From Schizochytrium sp. TIO01 (Eukaryota; Protista; Bigyra: Labyrinthulomycetes): 64,000 bases of DNA. Shown here one piece after another: positions 31,233-43,142 of this stretch (positions are counted from its first letter, which is position 1; every line of letters begins with the position of its first letter). A program made the translations under genes and the position numbers. The stretch spans positions 682,001 to 746,000 of the forward strand of contig SMSO01000008.1 of the NCBI GenBank assembly GCA_004764695.1. The letters run 5' to 3'. The notes under the pieces are model-generated. The model was given only the letters and a program-made list of their open reading frames with translations. It did no database searches and was not told the DNA's origin.

Positions 31233-34200
31233 TGCAGCGATTCACCCCCGTGCTGCTAGCCTGGGTCAGCCTATCCGACGCGTCCTTGACGCCAGGTTAG
31301 GAATTTGTTTACCTTCTTCGTAGTCTGACGCCTGAGAACATGCGGGATTACAGCTCAAGATCACAAGAAACAAAAGCCAATTGGTAATTTCTTTTCTTGA
31401 CCAAACGATGATGCTAAGAGTGCGTAGTGCGTATTGCTAGCTTCCTCCTCCATTTTGATCACTGACTGACATAGCACCGTCCTTTTCAAACTTGTTACTT
31501 CTTTCAGAAAAGCATTGTCATCATCCCCATTATCATCATCAAGTTGAAGGTACACCCCGTGTGCTCCAGGAGAGCAAAGTGCATCAGCGGGTTGCGCTGT
31601 GCTACAACTCATACTAAGCCTAATTATGGCCCAAAACTACCACCATGATCTTGAGCGTGCTGCCCATTCACCTACCTTCAGCTTGAAGCCACGAGTGTTG
31701 TCATCTGATTCAAGAACCCATGGAGGAGCGCTGGCCCAACTCGCCTCACACCTTATGTTGGCTGTCCATTTCTACCGACCTTTGGGCCTCAAGTTAGCGG
31801 TCGCAACATGAAAGTAGTACTACAAGCCGCTCAAGTTGTTCGCAGCGCATGTGCCGGAGACACCCTATACTTTGATGATACCGGACCTAGAGATATTACT
31901 ATAGTTTATGATATTTGTTATCAAAAAAATACTTCGATTCTGCGTTCAGAGTTGTATACTTAGTGAGTGTGCGCTTTTGTGTACAACCAACTCGAAAGAC
32001 TTTTCAGGTTCACGATTAATATTTCGAGCTCTTTGTCTTTCGAAGCAAACAGACCTTGGCGATCTTCTGCAGCTTGAGGCTCTTTGACGTGAAAAACACC
32101 TGCACTTCAAAGGCCTTTGATCAACCTAAGATCGCAAACGGCTGGTTCCTGATCTGTATATTTTGCGCACAAGAATCAGCCATTTTTAAGGTAAGTTAGG
32201 AACAAGTAGACGAGTAGCACGTGCCAAGCGGATAGAAACCATGTGATGTTAGATACAACTTTAATGAAAGCTCCCAGGCTGCCTTCAGGTTGGTTAGCCA
32301 TTCTCGACAGCTGCGAAGCGGGAGGTACGAGTTCTCCAGGAGACACCTGCCTGCATTGCAGGCCTCCTCGCGCTGCCCGGTCTTCAACTTGCTTGCATGG
32401 TGAGATCTGTCTTGGCGTGGCTTTCCCGCGCTCGCTGCAAAATTATAAACTGCGCAACCCGCTCAAGATCAAGGTGCCCAAGAGTCCGCAAGTTCATGGT
32501 ATAATTGACCTTGCACTACGAGTTGCACATCGACAACATCGAGTTGGACTTCTACTTTAAGTTGGCGGTCGCCTTTTGTGAGAACGTCCAACCCAAGCAC
32601 AGATGGCAACTGTAAAACCCAGATCAGACCAATTATGACAGTGGTGCGAGTCGAACGACATATAAATATCCATTAAAAGAGCTCGAGCTGGGGACAATTT
32701 GGGTGTGCAAGAGCCTGAGGTAAGTAAGGCTCGAACTACGTTGAACACTAACAGTACCCTCTGGAGCTCGTGGTCTTCGTTGCCCGCGTTGCGGCAGTTC
32801 TCCAGGTGGTTTATCAATGGGTGTTTACTAAAATCAATTAAAACGATTCTATGGACGTCGCGCGTGCGAGCGGCACGCGCTGATTCACGAGCTCGGACTG
32901 TGATTGCTGACTCTGCGAGCAACACGGTTGCTGTTCGTAAAACTTCGAGTTGCTTGGAGAAAGTTTGGATTTCAAGGTGGAATTAGTGATGTTGTTGGAA
33001 TTCACACCAGCACAGTATTCATCTATGCGAGGCTGCCTTGTCCGATGAATGAGGTTATGTGATCGATTGAACTTTGAATTAGAAAAGGGGAGCTGGTTTG
33101 GGCGTGAAAAAAGCAGTACCAAGGTACTAGGCCTTTGACTTGCAGTGCTCGGTCCAATGAATTGAACTGGGGAAGGCTACACACTCCCTTCAGCAATGTC
33201 ATTGGAGAAGTCAAGAGGCGTGCGATCTCCCTGTGATCGCTGCCCAGAACGTAGTATCACCCTGAATCCCCACATTACTTCAATCCTAATGTAGGGTGTG
33301 CGAGGCAGCAAAAAGAAAGTACCTACTACCTAGAATTGGTCAAGATCTGAGGTGGCTACGACTGTAATCTACGATCAATCTACAAACTAAAGTGGATCAC
33401 CCATTTTGCAAGGAATCAGAATTGGAATCTACTTTTTAGATCCATGAACTCGTTTCTTTTAGTTGCTCTTGTAAATTGTACTGGTTAAACAATGTGATGC
33501 AGCTGTCTAAACATGAACACATCGCACCAGCTCGGTGCGTGTTCAGAGAAAATATGGCATCTTGTTTTGTGAACAGCAGCTGCCGAATGGAAACCGTTGC
33601 TGATTACCGTCTTCAAAGCAGCTCAAAGCACTACACATTATCTACTATTTGGTGAGAACAACCTCGACCAGGTTTATTCTCTGAGCAAGATGTCGCGATT
33701 TTCAGCTTGCAAAGTGCCTACCTAGATGAGATATCTACTATGGCACAACTTCAATTCTTTTGTGCAAAGGCTTTTGATTATTTGTTGTGGATTGATCAAT
33801 TTTATATACTAAATTTAGGAAAGAGCTGAGATCTGTGGATGATGGTTCGGTATCTGAGGCATTCTTCGACTGTGACAATGCTAGCATACAGCAAGCGAGA
33901 ACCTATGCAAAACACTTCTCTCTTGTCTAGTCCACATGCCTCTTCACGACCCCTCCCTGGCGCCTCCTTGCCACAGGTTCAGGGTGCTGGGAGCTTTGTT
34001 TTAGAAGGTATATATACAACGGCAAGACTAGTCAGCGAAATGAAAATGAAGAAGAGTCAAGATATAGCGAAAGCAATCTTGAACTCCTTCACAAAAGGAG
34101 TGCACAGATGCAATGCAGATTTTTGCGATTGAAGCTATAATGAAGATTTCGAACGGGTCAGCTACAACTGGAGGATTGTGTCAAAGCATTCGGAGACTCG

Positions 34201-36276
34201 ATAATGCTCGCTTGAATGGCATCGATTAACCGACTCGCGTGGTGGATAAAATATTGCCTTGCATTTACTCAAGGAAGAGCTTAGCAAAAGACCAACTCTG
34301 CATTTCGAGTGCGCTCCCAGAGCTGGAAACCTGGCAAGACAGGTCAAGATGGCTGAGGGAATTGTTGCTGCGGCGCATGGCACGAATAATTAAAGTTATC
34401 TATATCGTTGAACAATGTGCCTGAAAGCACGGTCTCTGCCAGAAACGCCATTTCAGCCGCTTGGCTTCTCTGCAATACTCAACGAGTGCTTCGTGCAAGA
34501 TAAGAACAATGTTTAATCACACATGTCTTATATCTTTCAAGGTTGGTTAACAGCCGATATGCAGATAAAGTCGCTTCCCAAAGTAATTAACTTTCAAAAT
34601 TGCAATTTCCTCCTAAGACCCCTATGATTTTATATAAAAGAAAAGAAAGAGGACTGACGAACAATACTACAAAATGTGGATCAAGGAAGCTCAAATGAGG
34701 TATTTTATTCAATTAAAACCAGATACATCATGTAAGCGTGAAAACAAAACGTGCAATATAATCAGCATCTCGCGATGTAGCGGTTTTCGCCCCACAATAA
34801 TTTACCCAAGGTCTCCACAAAAAGGAGTCCTAATTTGCTGTGCAATTTTTTGTGCTGCAATCTTCAAGGACGATCCTTTCAACTGCCAATAATCTTATAT
34901 AGTTCCTGTTCGTTCTTTTATAACGTTCACACGTTAGAGAAGGTTTCAAGAATGTAATATCGTGTTTGATTAGTTTTACAATGAATGATCGAATGAATGA
35001 ATGAATGATTGTATGAATGTGAGTGAATATCTTCTGAAGAAACAGCCAAAACCATACATGCCTCTGATTGAGATCAGAAAGCATGCGATCGTCTTCGGTG
35101 CAGACGAGGTCTTGGGCCTAGCCCAGATCCTCGTGGCTGCAGCGTTGGGTGCCAGTTATATCCGGTGTCGTGGAGCTCCGTCGCGATTCGCGCATTGTCC
35201 TTTTCAAAGAAGTTCTCGCTTCCATTTGGACCCATGGAGAAAGAAACTTCAAGTTGCTGCACAAACAGCACAACGTCGCTGGTCGTTGCCTATGCTGCCA
35301 CGGCAGGCTGTCGCCGAGCTGCTGGAGTTCTCCGAGACCATCTGGAGATAGATACACCAGCTAACTAGCCACTGATTGGTTGAATTTACTGCGATGGAGC
35401 TCAATTATCATATTATCGAACTCCGGAGCGATGGCTTTTTTGCCTTTCCGGTTTTTGTTTATTCATTTATTTATTTGTTTGTTCGTTTATTCTTCATTTT
35501 TATCATTTACAAAGTATTTGTTTTTTGTTTTTTAAGGTAGTAAGAGTATGTATGCACTACTACCCATACCGATTGTTTGTTTATCTTTCAATTAATTAAT
35601 TAATTGTAAAAAGAGGTAATGCAGGAGATGGAGAACAAAAGGCTGTTTCCTTTCCAGGTAAGACCGCTTACCGCTTACAGTAGGGGTGCAAGACGGTCTT
35701 TCCTCGCGAAAACTCGCAACCGGAGAGCCGTCGTTCCTCGAAAACAAGTTCTGATACCTCGCAAACCCATCGACGATCCCTTTTCGCGTCTGTAAACGCT
35801 TTGACTTATTAAGGCTCAGGCCTTCGCGCCGCAATTTCCTCGCCACGAATCTCCGCCACACACGGCTGTTGGGCGCTATACCCTACTTACCGCGGCCCTC
35901 TACTATAGACTATTCGTCAGTAACCTACTTTAGTATCCACTGGTATACTATGGGGTATAGGCCATAGCCGACTTGCGAGCGCCCACAGAGGGCTATTCGG
36001 TATAGTCTACTTTGTAAATACGGTGCAAGTAGGTTATAGAAGGATACTTGACTTTGGGGTGAAATTGCAAGGGGGTTTTAGACTGTTCTTGGCACGAGAT
36101 GTTTTGCGGCTGCGAAGTTGTGCGAAGTTGGCGGCGCGGCAGACCTTGAGCTGTTTCGCGCGTGGTTGCGTGGTTTCGTGGGCGTCAGGCGACGTCTATT
36201 TGCCGTCCGTTCCTTCGTGGGTCCTGTCTCTTCTAAAGGAGCGTCAGTGTCTCGGTTCTAACGCAGGAGGTGGAAA

Positions 36277-37893
36277 ATGGCGGACTCGAACAAGGGCGCC
36301 AAGGGCGCCAAGCACCAGAAGAAGAAGGAGACCAAGCTCGGTCTCTCCGTGCGCAAGGAGGATGACTTCAGCGAGTGGTACACGCAGGTGATCACCAAGT
36401 CTGAGATGATTGAGTACTACAACATCAGCGGATGCTACATTCTGCGTCCGTGGTCGTTCAAGATCTGGGAGCAGATCCAGGGCTTTTTCGACGGCGGCAT
36501 TAAGCAGCTTGGCGTGGAGCCCTGCTACTTCCCCATGTTCGTCTCCAAGCGTAACCTCTCTGTTGAGGAGGACCACATCGAGGATTTCGCGCCTGAAGTC
36601 GCATGGGTCACCCGCTCCGGAGATACCGACCTCGAGGAGCCCATCGCTATTCGCCCCACCAGCGAGACCATTATGTACCCCGCTTTCGCAAAGTGGATCC
36701 GAAGCCACCGTGACTTGCCGCTTCAGTTGAACCAGTGGACAAGCGTGGTGCGCTGGGAGTTCAAGAACCCCACTCCGTTTTTGAGAACCCGTGAGTTCTT
36801 GTGGCAGGAAGGTCACTCGGCTTTTGCGACCAAGGAAGAGGCCGACAAGGAGGTTATTGACATTTTGGATCTCTACGCACGCGTGTACGAGGAGCTCCTG
36901 GCTGTGCCAGTGATTAAGGGTCGCAAGAGTGCGAAGGAAAAGTTCCCGGGAGGAGACTTCACCACCACCATTGAGGCTTTCATCCCATGCGCTGGCAGAG
37001 CCATCCAGGCAGCGACCTCGCACTCTCTGGGACAGAACTTCTCCAAGATGTTCAAGATTAAGTTCTCCTCGGATGAGGACAAGAGTGCTGATGCTGAGCC
37101 AAACTACGCATGGCAGAACTCATGGGGACTGACCACCAGATCCATTGGTGTCGCAGTGCTTGTGCACGGCGATAACCAAGGACTCGTGCTTCCCCCGCGC
37201 GTGGCTCCTATCCAGGTCGTCGGAATTCCCATTTACGTTCGTGATGGTGCCCAACGTGACGTCATGGATGAGACCCTCCGCAAGATCCTCGATGAGGTTG
37301 CAAAGGCAGGAGTTCGTGTCAAGCTTGATGACCGCAGCGACAAGAACCCTGGCTGGAAATACAACTACTACGAGCAGCGTGGTGTGCCGCTCCGTGTCGA
37401 GATTGGCTCTCGCGACCTCGAGGAGGGCAAGTGTGTCCTCGTGCGTCGTGACGATGGCTCTCGCGAGGACTGCAGCTTGGACAAGGCTGCTGCTCGCTGT
37501 GTGGAGCTTATGGACCAAATTCAGGCCGACATGCTCGACCGTGCTCGCCGCGAGCGCGACAGCAGGCTCTCGGTGGTGTGGACCTGGGAAGAGTTTGTCG
37601 AGGAGCTTATGGCTGGCAACCTTGTGCTCGCGCCTTGGTCTATGACTACCACCTCGGAGGAATGGGTCAAGGATGAGACCAAGCGCATCAGCGAAGAGCG
37701 CGCTGCCGCGGCTGGCCAGGGCGCTGACGAGGAGCAGGAGACCAACGAGCAGGGAGAGTCCAAGAAGCTCACTGGTGCTGCCAAGACCCTCTGCATTCCC
37801 TTTAACCAGCCGCCCATGCCTCCTGGCACCATGTGCTTTACTGGCTGTGGCGAGCCTGCCAAGGAGTGGTGCCTCTGGGGTCGCTCCTTTTAA
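36277..37893 (+). CDS. ProRS: Prolyl-tRNA synthetase, eukaryote/archaeal type
   Basis: FSEWYTQVI, FAPEVAWVT, IRPTSETIMY, QWTSVVRWEF..PFLRTREFLWQEGH, QAATSHSLGQNF, SWGLTTRSIG, PGWKY, LCIPF; strong GC3 bias. Confidence 0.97.
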   Translation: MADSNKGAKGAKHQKKKETKLGLSVRKEDDFSEWYTQVITKSEMIEYYNISGCYILRPWSFKIWEQIQGFFDGGIKQLGVEPCYFPMFVSKRNLSVEEDHIEDFAPEVAWVTRSGDTDLEEPIAIRPTSETIMYPAFAKWIRSHRDLPLQLNQWTSVVRWEFKNPTPFLRTREFLWQEGHSAFATKEEADKEVIDILDLYARVYEELLAVPVIKGRKSAKEKFPGGDFTTTIEAFIPCAGRAIQAATSHSLGQNFSKMFKIKFSSDEDKSADAEPNYAWQNSWGLTTRSIGVAVLVHGDNQGLVLPPRVAPIQVVGIPIYVRDGAQRDVMDETLRKILDEVAKAGVRVKLDDRSDKNPGWKYNYYEQRGVPLRVEIGSRDLEEGKCVLVRRDDGSREDCSLDKAAARCVELMDQIQADMLDRARRERDSRLSVVWTWEEFVEELMAGNLVLAPWSMTTTSEEWVKDETKRISEERAAAAGQGADEEQETNEQGESKKLTGAAKTLCIPFNQPPMPPGTMCFTGCGEPAKEWCLWGRSF

Positions 37894-38878
37894 TCAACAT
37901 ACAAAGCTACGTATAACGCTTTGTCCCTCTATGAAGAGAGACTTTGATCAGCGAACTATTTTCCCCCTTGATTCTGTTTCTATGCATCCTTTCCCTTTCT
38001 TTTTCCTTTTCCTCTGTTGGTTTGGTTGCTTCTTTGATATCCTCCTGTGCTTATTATCATCTTCCCCATTCTGCGTCTTCTTTGATGTAGTAGCACGCCT
38101 CAGCACTTTTGGATTCCCGCTATCGTCAAATTTGGTACTCCTCATGTTTGTACCAAACACATTACCTTACATGTCCAGATCATCACAATTCACGAATACA
38201 AATTATTAGCATAATATAACACTTTCACCTCACATCGAGTACAATATAAAGCATGATATGATTCTTGCTTTTATGTATTTATGACAAACTCGCCCACCAA
38301 ATATGTTAGGTTTGAGTTCATGTTTTCTGGAATTATACATTTGGTATAAGCTCATCATAAGAACTATGACCATATTTACCACCTAACACATTGGGATCCT
38401 CTATTGATTTACGACATGAAGCCTTCGAGACAGATGGGCAAGATAGTATAGTTTTTCACTGCATAGCTTAATATTGCTTATTCTCTTATTTGGTTTGCTG
38501 ACTCTGAAAGCATATTCGAGAAATATATAAAACGATGTATGGCCTCTAAGAAAAAGGGGAGGGAGCGAAGGAGGGGAACTTCATAATGTCAAGTAGTACA
38601 CCGTCATTAGTAAATCGAGGTGGAAAAAAGAATCTTTAAATGTTCCTATATTCTCTTTTTTTATTAATAAAAACTAAGGACCATGAAATTAACTGAGAGT
38701 GCTGTGCGGAGATATAAGTCTTTTGATTTTTGTTCTTTGAGAGAGGATCATCACACCATTTCAGTGAATTCGCAACAGAGGAGAAAATCACAGCGCGCAA
38801 GGTAGAGTTTAGCACCAACATATCGTGCTGAATTTCTTTGAATAAGTGAAACGGAATACAGAGTTTAAACAACCCAAA

Positions 38879-41800
38879 TTAATTGGCCAAACGGCAGAGC
38901 TTTCCCAGGTTTTTGAGGAGTTTCTCATCATCCAGAGCCGAGTTGTTTCGCCTATTCTCGTGACGAAGCACGGAGCTTCTATGAGCGTCGAGATGGCTCA
39001 CAGCCGATTCATAGTCTTCCATGCGCAGGCTATTGAGCCAGCCGAGCTTGTGTAAGATCTCTTCCTGAGTGCGGTTCATGCCCTCTTGGCGTTGTAAGAA
39101 GTCTAACATGGGCTTATCAAGAACTCCATCTTCCACAACATCAAGAATCAAACTGGGATGCTCTCTACTCGGCTCAAACAATAACTCCATCACCTTGCCA
39201 GCAAAGGGCTCCCGGTGTGGAGCATATTTGATCGGCTGAGCTACCCCATTCTCACCAATGCCCAAATATGTGACATTGTCCCAGCTTAAAATATAATTAT
39301 ACTCCCTCCGTGCACCTTCACCAGCTCTTTGGTTCTGAAGCCAAGAGCTTGACATAGATGAACTGCCAGTACTTGAAGAATATGCGGAGTTTGCTGATGA
39401 GCTGCAAATCTGGAAGAGCTCCTGCTCACCAGGGCCATCCGAGGAGACAAGAACAAATTCAGATCCATTGTAGCTCAGGTAACGACCATCCTCGGGCGCT
39501 GCCACCTGAAAGACGAAGCGAACAGTCTCGTGGTCGATGTTGTACTGTTCAATACGCCAGCTTGGTGGGATTTGATCAAGAGGAGCAAAAGATGAGGGAA
39601 CGCCGCGGAATTCCTGTCCCTTGATCCCTCGAAGGTCTACGAGATTATCCGAAACCTGAAGAAAGAGGTTTGTGCATACGCTCTCCATGAGAGCTTTCTT
39701 AAGATACGTAGGGAAAGGCTGCTTCTCCTCTTCGTAACGCAAGCACTGTAGAGGCTGGAAATCGAGTTCCAAGCATGCCCTATGGAGCTCCTGATGGCAT
39801 GCGAAGGCATCTGCTAGCTCGTAGGCAGCCCATACGCCACCCTTGCCATGATGAGCGAGCGCAGGAGACGGAGTTTGCTTGTGAAATGCCCGAATGAGCC
39901 TTGCAGCTTCGTCTTGGTTAATCGGGCGACCAGCACCGCTTTCCATAGCTGCCCGTGCTTCATCAGGGCGATCATCCTCATCATCCTCCTCACCACGCCG
40001 CTGCCCTGCAAGGTAAATGTACACCAACTTTTGAAGTTGATCCCAAAGCTCATCATGTTCAGGTGCACCCTGAGCAAAGTCCATCACAATTCTAATGAGG
40101 TTTCGCAAGTGAGTCATGATTTCGTACGGTGCCTCCCAGAGCTGTGCAGCATGCTCCGGCGGTGCAAGCTGGGCCAAGACCTGGTTTTCCACATGGGCCT
40201 GAGTGAGTACCGTCAGGATGATGTTGTTTGCAGCGATTACATCCGTAAGAGAGTGCTTCTTATCGCCATGCTTGCCCGCAACATAGTTCACAATAAAGCG
40301 CACAAGAACGTCAATCTCTGTGACTTGTGCGTAGAAAAGGTCTGCCACGGTCAAACCAGACGCCTCCAACTGTGATTTTAACGCATCAGGCCGAATCTTG
40401 CGACGGACAAGCACAATGTCTTCTTGGCAAGTTTGGAGGATCTTGGTTTCTGCCCTGTGCAGGCGCGAAAATTCTTTCTGTTGATTGCACAATGAAATCG
40501 AGGCAGTGAGTTTGCGATTTAAATTAGCAAGACGACTGACAGCCTCAGGACTGAGATTTTCCAGAAGCCTTGCGCGAGAGAGAAAGCCAATGAGACCATT
40601 CTCGCCGAAGCGACCTTGCTTCTTAATGAGGTGACGACTGATGAGACGGTAAGAGAACTGGATGCTCTCATCTTCGCTAGAACCATAGTTTCCATCTGAA
40701 AGGTCGTGACGGTCCGCCCAGCGATGCGCAAGATTTCCATTCAGAATGCTCCGTGCCAGATCGCAGACAGCATCGTCGAAGGCCGGACCTACGGTAGCGT
40801 TAAGCTTGGTATATTGGTTATCTTCGCGAGCAACAGCCATACCGTCCCTACCAAGCGCAGACTCCTGTTCAAAAGCATTGAATGTTCGCTTGAGCACCGT
40901 GAATGTTGATTGTGCATCATTAAACCCTTGGCCTTTAGACTTGACCGTACGCGGTCCTGTGCGTCTCACATTTGCAAGGTTTGGCTGCGCAGCGTAAAGC
41001 CCTGCTCTAGCTTGTTGCGCTAATGCGGTTGTGCCGCTGCCCGAGCTTGCAAAGCGAGATGTTGTGTCCACTTCAGCTGATTTGGGGGTCGCAGCTACAA
41101 CAGCTTCATCAAGACGAATGCCAAGAACACAAGTAGCAGTGAGCAGGAATCCATCAACACGGTCTGCGCCACTTGAGAGCGCAAACCAGCCAGTTGTCAC
41201 GTCGTGAATCTCATCTGTAGCCCAAACATCGCTTCCCTTGGTGCCGCGACGCACTGGAAATTCGAGGGCGTGAACCCTTAAAGTCGGGGTTGAGTCATCA
41301 TAAACCTCGTGAGCCACCAATGCCACTGACTTAGCTTGAGACCCTGTTCCAGCAATACCGTGTGAAAACTGGATATCATCAACATTAATATTCTCTGGTA
41401 GCGCGAGCATGCATGACGAGATGCCGAGGGAGGGATCTACACGAGCATTACGGAACTCATGAAGAGTGATTCCACGTGGCGAGGAAACCATAAGAACAAG
41501 CCAGTCTTCAGAAAGCGCCAAACGGTGCAGGCGAATTGCATCTGCAGGGGCTTTGATGCTGTCTGCGAGCTTGGAACTAAGCGATCGTACGGTCCATGCA
41601 CATGAAGTTTCCATTGACTGCGGGTCAAGGTTCCACCTTGAAATGGCTTCGCGGCCGGCGTACAGAGCAAAGACGCTAATTTGGGGTTCATTGCTATCGC
41701 CATCAACTCTGATCAGGAGATCTGTAACCTCTGAGTCTGAGCCTCCATCGGAAGCGTTGGAATGGCGGCTTCCGTCGCGATTTTGTCCTGGAGACGAGGA

Positions 41801-42619
41801 AGACCTCGCTATGGAAGTTGAAGATGGTGAATTGGATGCTGCAGTTGTCGATGAAGCACCTCCTCCAAATCCGAAGAAGCGATTCATAAGGCCAGCAACG
41901 ACACCAGTTTGTTCCGTAGATGATGGTTCGGGTAAGCTTTCAGCGCAATTCTTTACGTGAAGACACAGATCCTCAGGCGACAACCATGCTACAAACACGT
42001 TGCCTCTAGAGGTTCCTGCAGCAAGGTACATCCCATCTCCGTGCACGCTCGTAACAACAGTTCCAGCTGCCATAGGAAGTGCTTCGACCACAGGTACAGC
42101 TCTTACATCAATGGTCGGCCAGCAGCACACATACCCAGCAGCCGATACCATGAAGACACCAATGCCACCCTCAATATCTTCCCTCTTGAACACGCTCACA
42201 TACGTGGCTCCAAAATTAGCACTTCCAGAAGATGAGGAGGTCGAAGACACAAACGTTGAAGAGCTCTGCAGAACCTGCACAGGAATCGACAGTCGAACAC
42301 AGTTTTGGTGGCGGCGATCTTTCGTGATTCTCCACAAATATAAGTGGTTTTCACGCCTCAGCCAAGCCACGGCCATCTCCGCGTTGCCCCCCCTACTGGA
42401 GTTTGCACCGCGTGAAATACTACTACTATTGCTGCTGGGCCTGGACACGCCAAAGCACCCTGAGGGGAGGTTCTCAAGCCCCTCTTGCGAGGCCGCTTCA
42501 CGAGGCAGCGAGACGTACGGGAAGACGCCCACGGAGAGATCCTCAAGACGCTGACGCTTCGCCAACCCGCCATCGTGCCGCGCCACGGAGACGGCGGAAG
42601 GCCTCCGCGCGAAGGACAT
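38879..42619 (-). CDS. NUP133: Nucleoporin Nup133 (beta-propeller + alpha-solenoid) with an internal insertion
   Basis: N-terminal propeller (AWLRRENHLYLW, GVFMVSAAGYVCCWPTI), TVADLFYAQVTEI, AYELADAF, MLDFLQ..KLGWLNSLRMEDYESA, LLKNLGKLCRLA. First ATG is at 42619. Confidence 0.8.
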   Translation of the reverse strand: MSFARRPSAVSVARHDGGLAKRQRLEDLSVGVFPYVSLPREAASQEGLENLPSGCFGVSRPSSNSSSISRGANSSRGGNAEMAVAWLRRENHLYLWRITKDRRHQNCVRLSIPVQVLQSSSTFVSSTSSSSGSANFGATYVSVFKREDIEGGIGVFMVSAAGYVCCWPTIDVRAVPVVEALPMAAGTVVTSVHGDGMYLAAGTSRGNVFVAWLSPEDLCLHVKNCAESLPEPSSTEQTGVVAGLMNRFFGFGGGASSTTAASNSPSSTSIARSSSSPGQNRDGSRHSNASDGGSDSEVTDLLIRVDGDSNEPQISVFALYAGREAISRWNLDPQSMETSCAWTVRSLSSKLADSIKAPADAIRLHRLALSEDWLVLMVSSPRGITLHEFRNARVDPSLGISSCMLALPENINVDDIQFSHGIAGTGSQAKSVALVAHEVYDDSTPTLRVHALEFPVRRGTKGSDVWATDEIHDVTTGWFALSSGADRVDGFLLTATCVLGIRLDEAVVAATPKSAEVDTTSRFASSGSGTTALAQQARAGLYAAQPNLANVRRTGPRTVKSKGQGFNDAQSTFTVLKRTFNAFEQESALGRDGMAVAREDNQYTKLNATVGPAFDDAVCDLARSILNGNLAHRWADRHDLSDGNYGSSEDESIQFSYRLISRHLIKKQGRFGENGLIGFLSRARLLENLSPEAVSRLANLNRKLTASISLCNQQKEFSRLHRAETKILQTCQEDIVLVRRKIRPDALKSQLEASGLTVADLFYAQVTEIDVLVRFIVNYVAGKHGDKKHSLTDVIAANNIILTVLTQAHVENQVLAQLAPPEHAAQLWEAPYEIMTHLRNLIRIVMDFAQGAPEHDELWDQLQKLVYIYLAGQRRGEEDDEDDRPDEARAAMESGAGRPINQDEAARLIRAFHKQTPSPALAHHGKGGVWAAYELADAFACHQELHRACLELDFQPLQCLRYEEEKQPFPTYLKKALMESVCTNLFLQVSDNLVDLRGIKGQEFRGVPSSFAPLDQIPPSWRIEQYNIDHETVRFVFQVAAPEDGRYLSYNGSEFVLVSSDGPGEQELFQICSSSANSAYSSSTGSSSMSSSWLQNQRAGEGARREYNYILSWDNVTYLGIGENGVAQPIKYAPHREPFAGKVMELLFEPSREHPSLILDVVEDGVLDKPMLDFLQRQEGMNRTQEEILHKLGWLNSLRMEDYESAVSHLDAHRSSVLRHENRRNNSALDDEKLLKNLGKLCRLAN

Positions 42620-42734
42620 CCCGAAGAAGCGAGACAAGACCGAATGCGAAGCACGCGCGAGCAGTTCTGGCGCCGCGAGTCAAAGCGGCCCGTTCAGAGC
42701 TTGCGTTCGCTGTTTGAGCCCGCGCTTTCCCATC

Positions 42735-43142
42735 TAACCATTGAAAAGATAACAATCACCATTAATGGTAGGCTAACTGCTATTCATATCTATACCCATC
42801 TATTATAGCATCATAACTGTTATCACTATTCATCGATTGATTGATTGAATGATTGATTGATTGAATGATTGATTGATTTGGAGAGCGCCAAATGAGGTGC
42901 ATAACATCGTAGTACGCGTAGAACTGACAATTGAGAGTTTGGGAGCGCGACTGAGATAGAGTAACCATTGAAAAAATAACAATCAGTATAAATGGGTATT
43001 CATATCTATATCTATCTCTTATCATGACTGTTATCACTATTGATTGATTGATTGATTGTGATTGATTGCCGATTGAGGTGCATAACATCGTAGAACGCGT
43101 AGAACTGTCAAATTGAGAGTTTGGGAGCGCGACCGAGATAGA
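42735..43142. repeat. Imperfect tandem duplication (~227 bp + ~181 bp) upstream of NUP133
   Basis: taaccattgaaaa.ataacaatca at 42735 and 42962; tgaggtgcataacatcgtag.acgcgtagaactg...gagagtttgggagcgcgac.gagataga near 42893 and 43074. Confidence 0.9.

Noticed and set aside
36244-37023. Long antisense ORFs over ProRS (also over TTLL 45300-46109 and AzgA 48275-49165)
   Set aside because: Shadow ORFs expected from strong codon bias of the sense genes.
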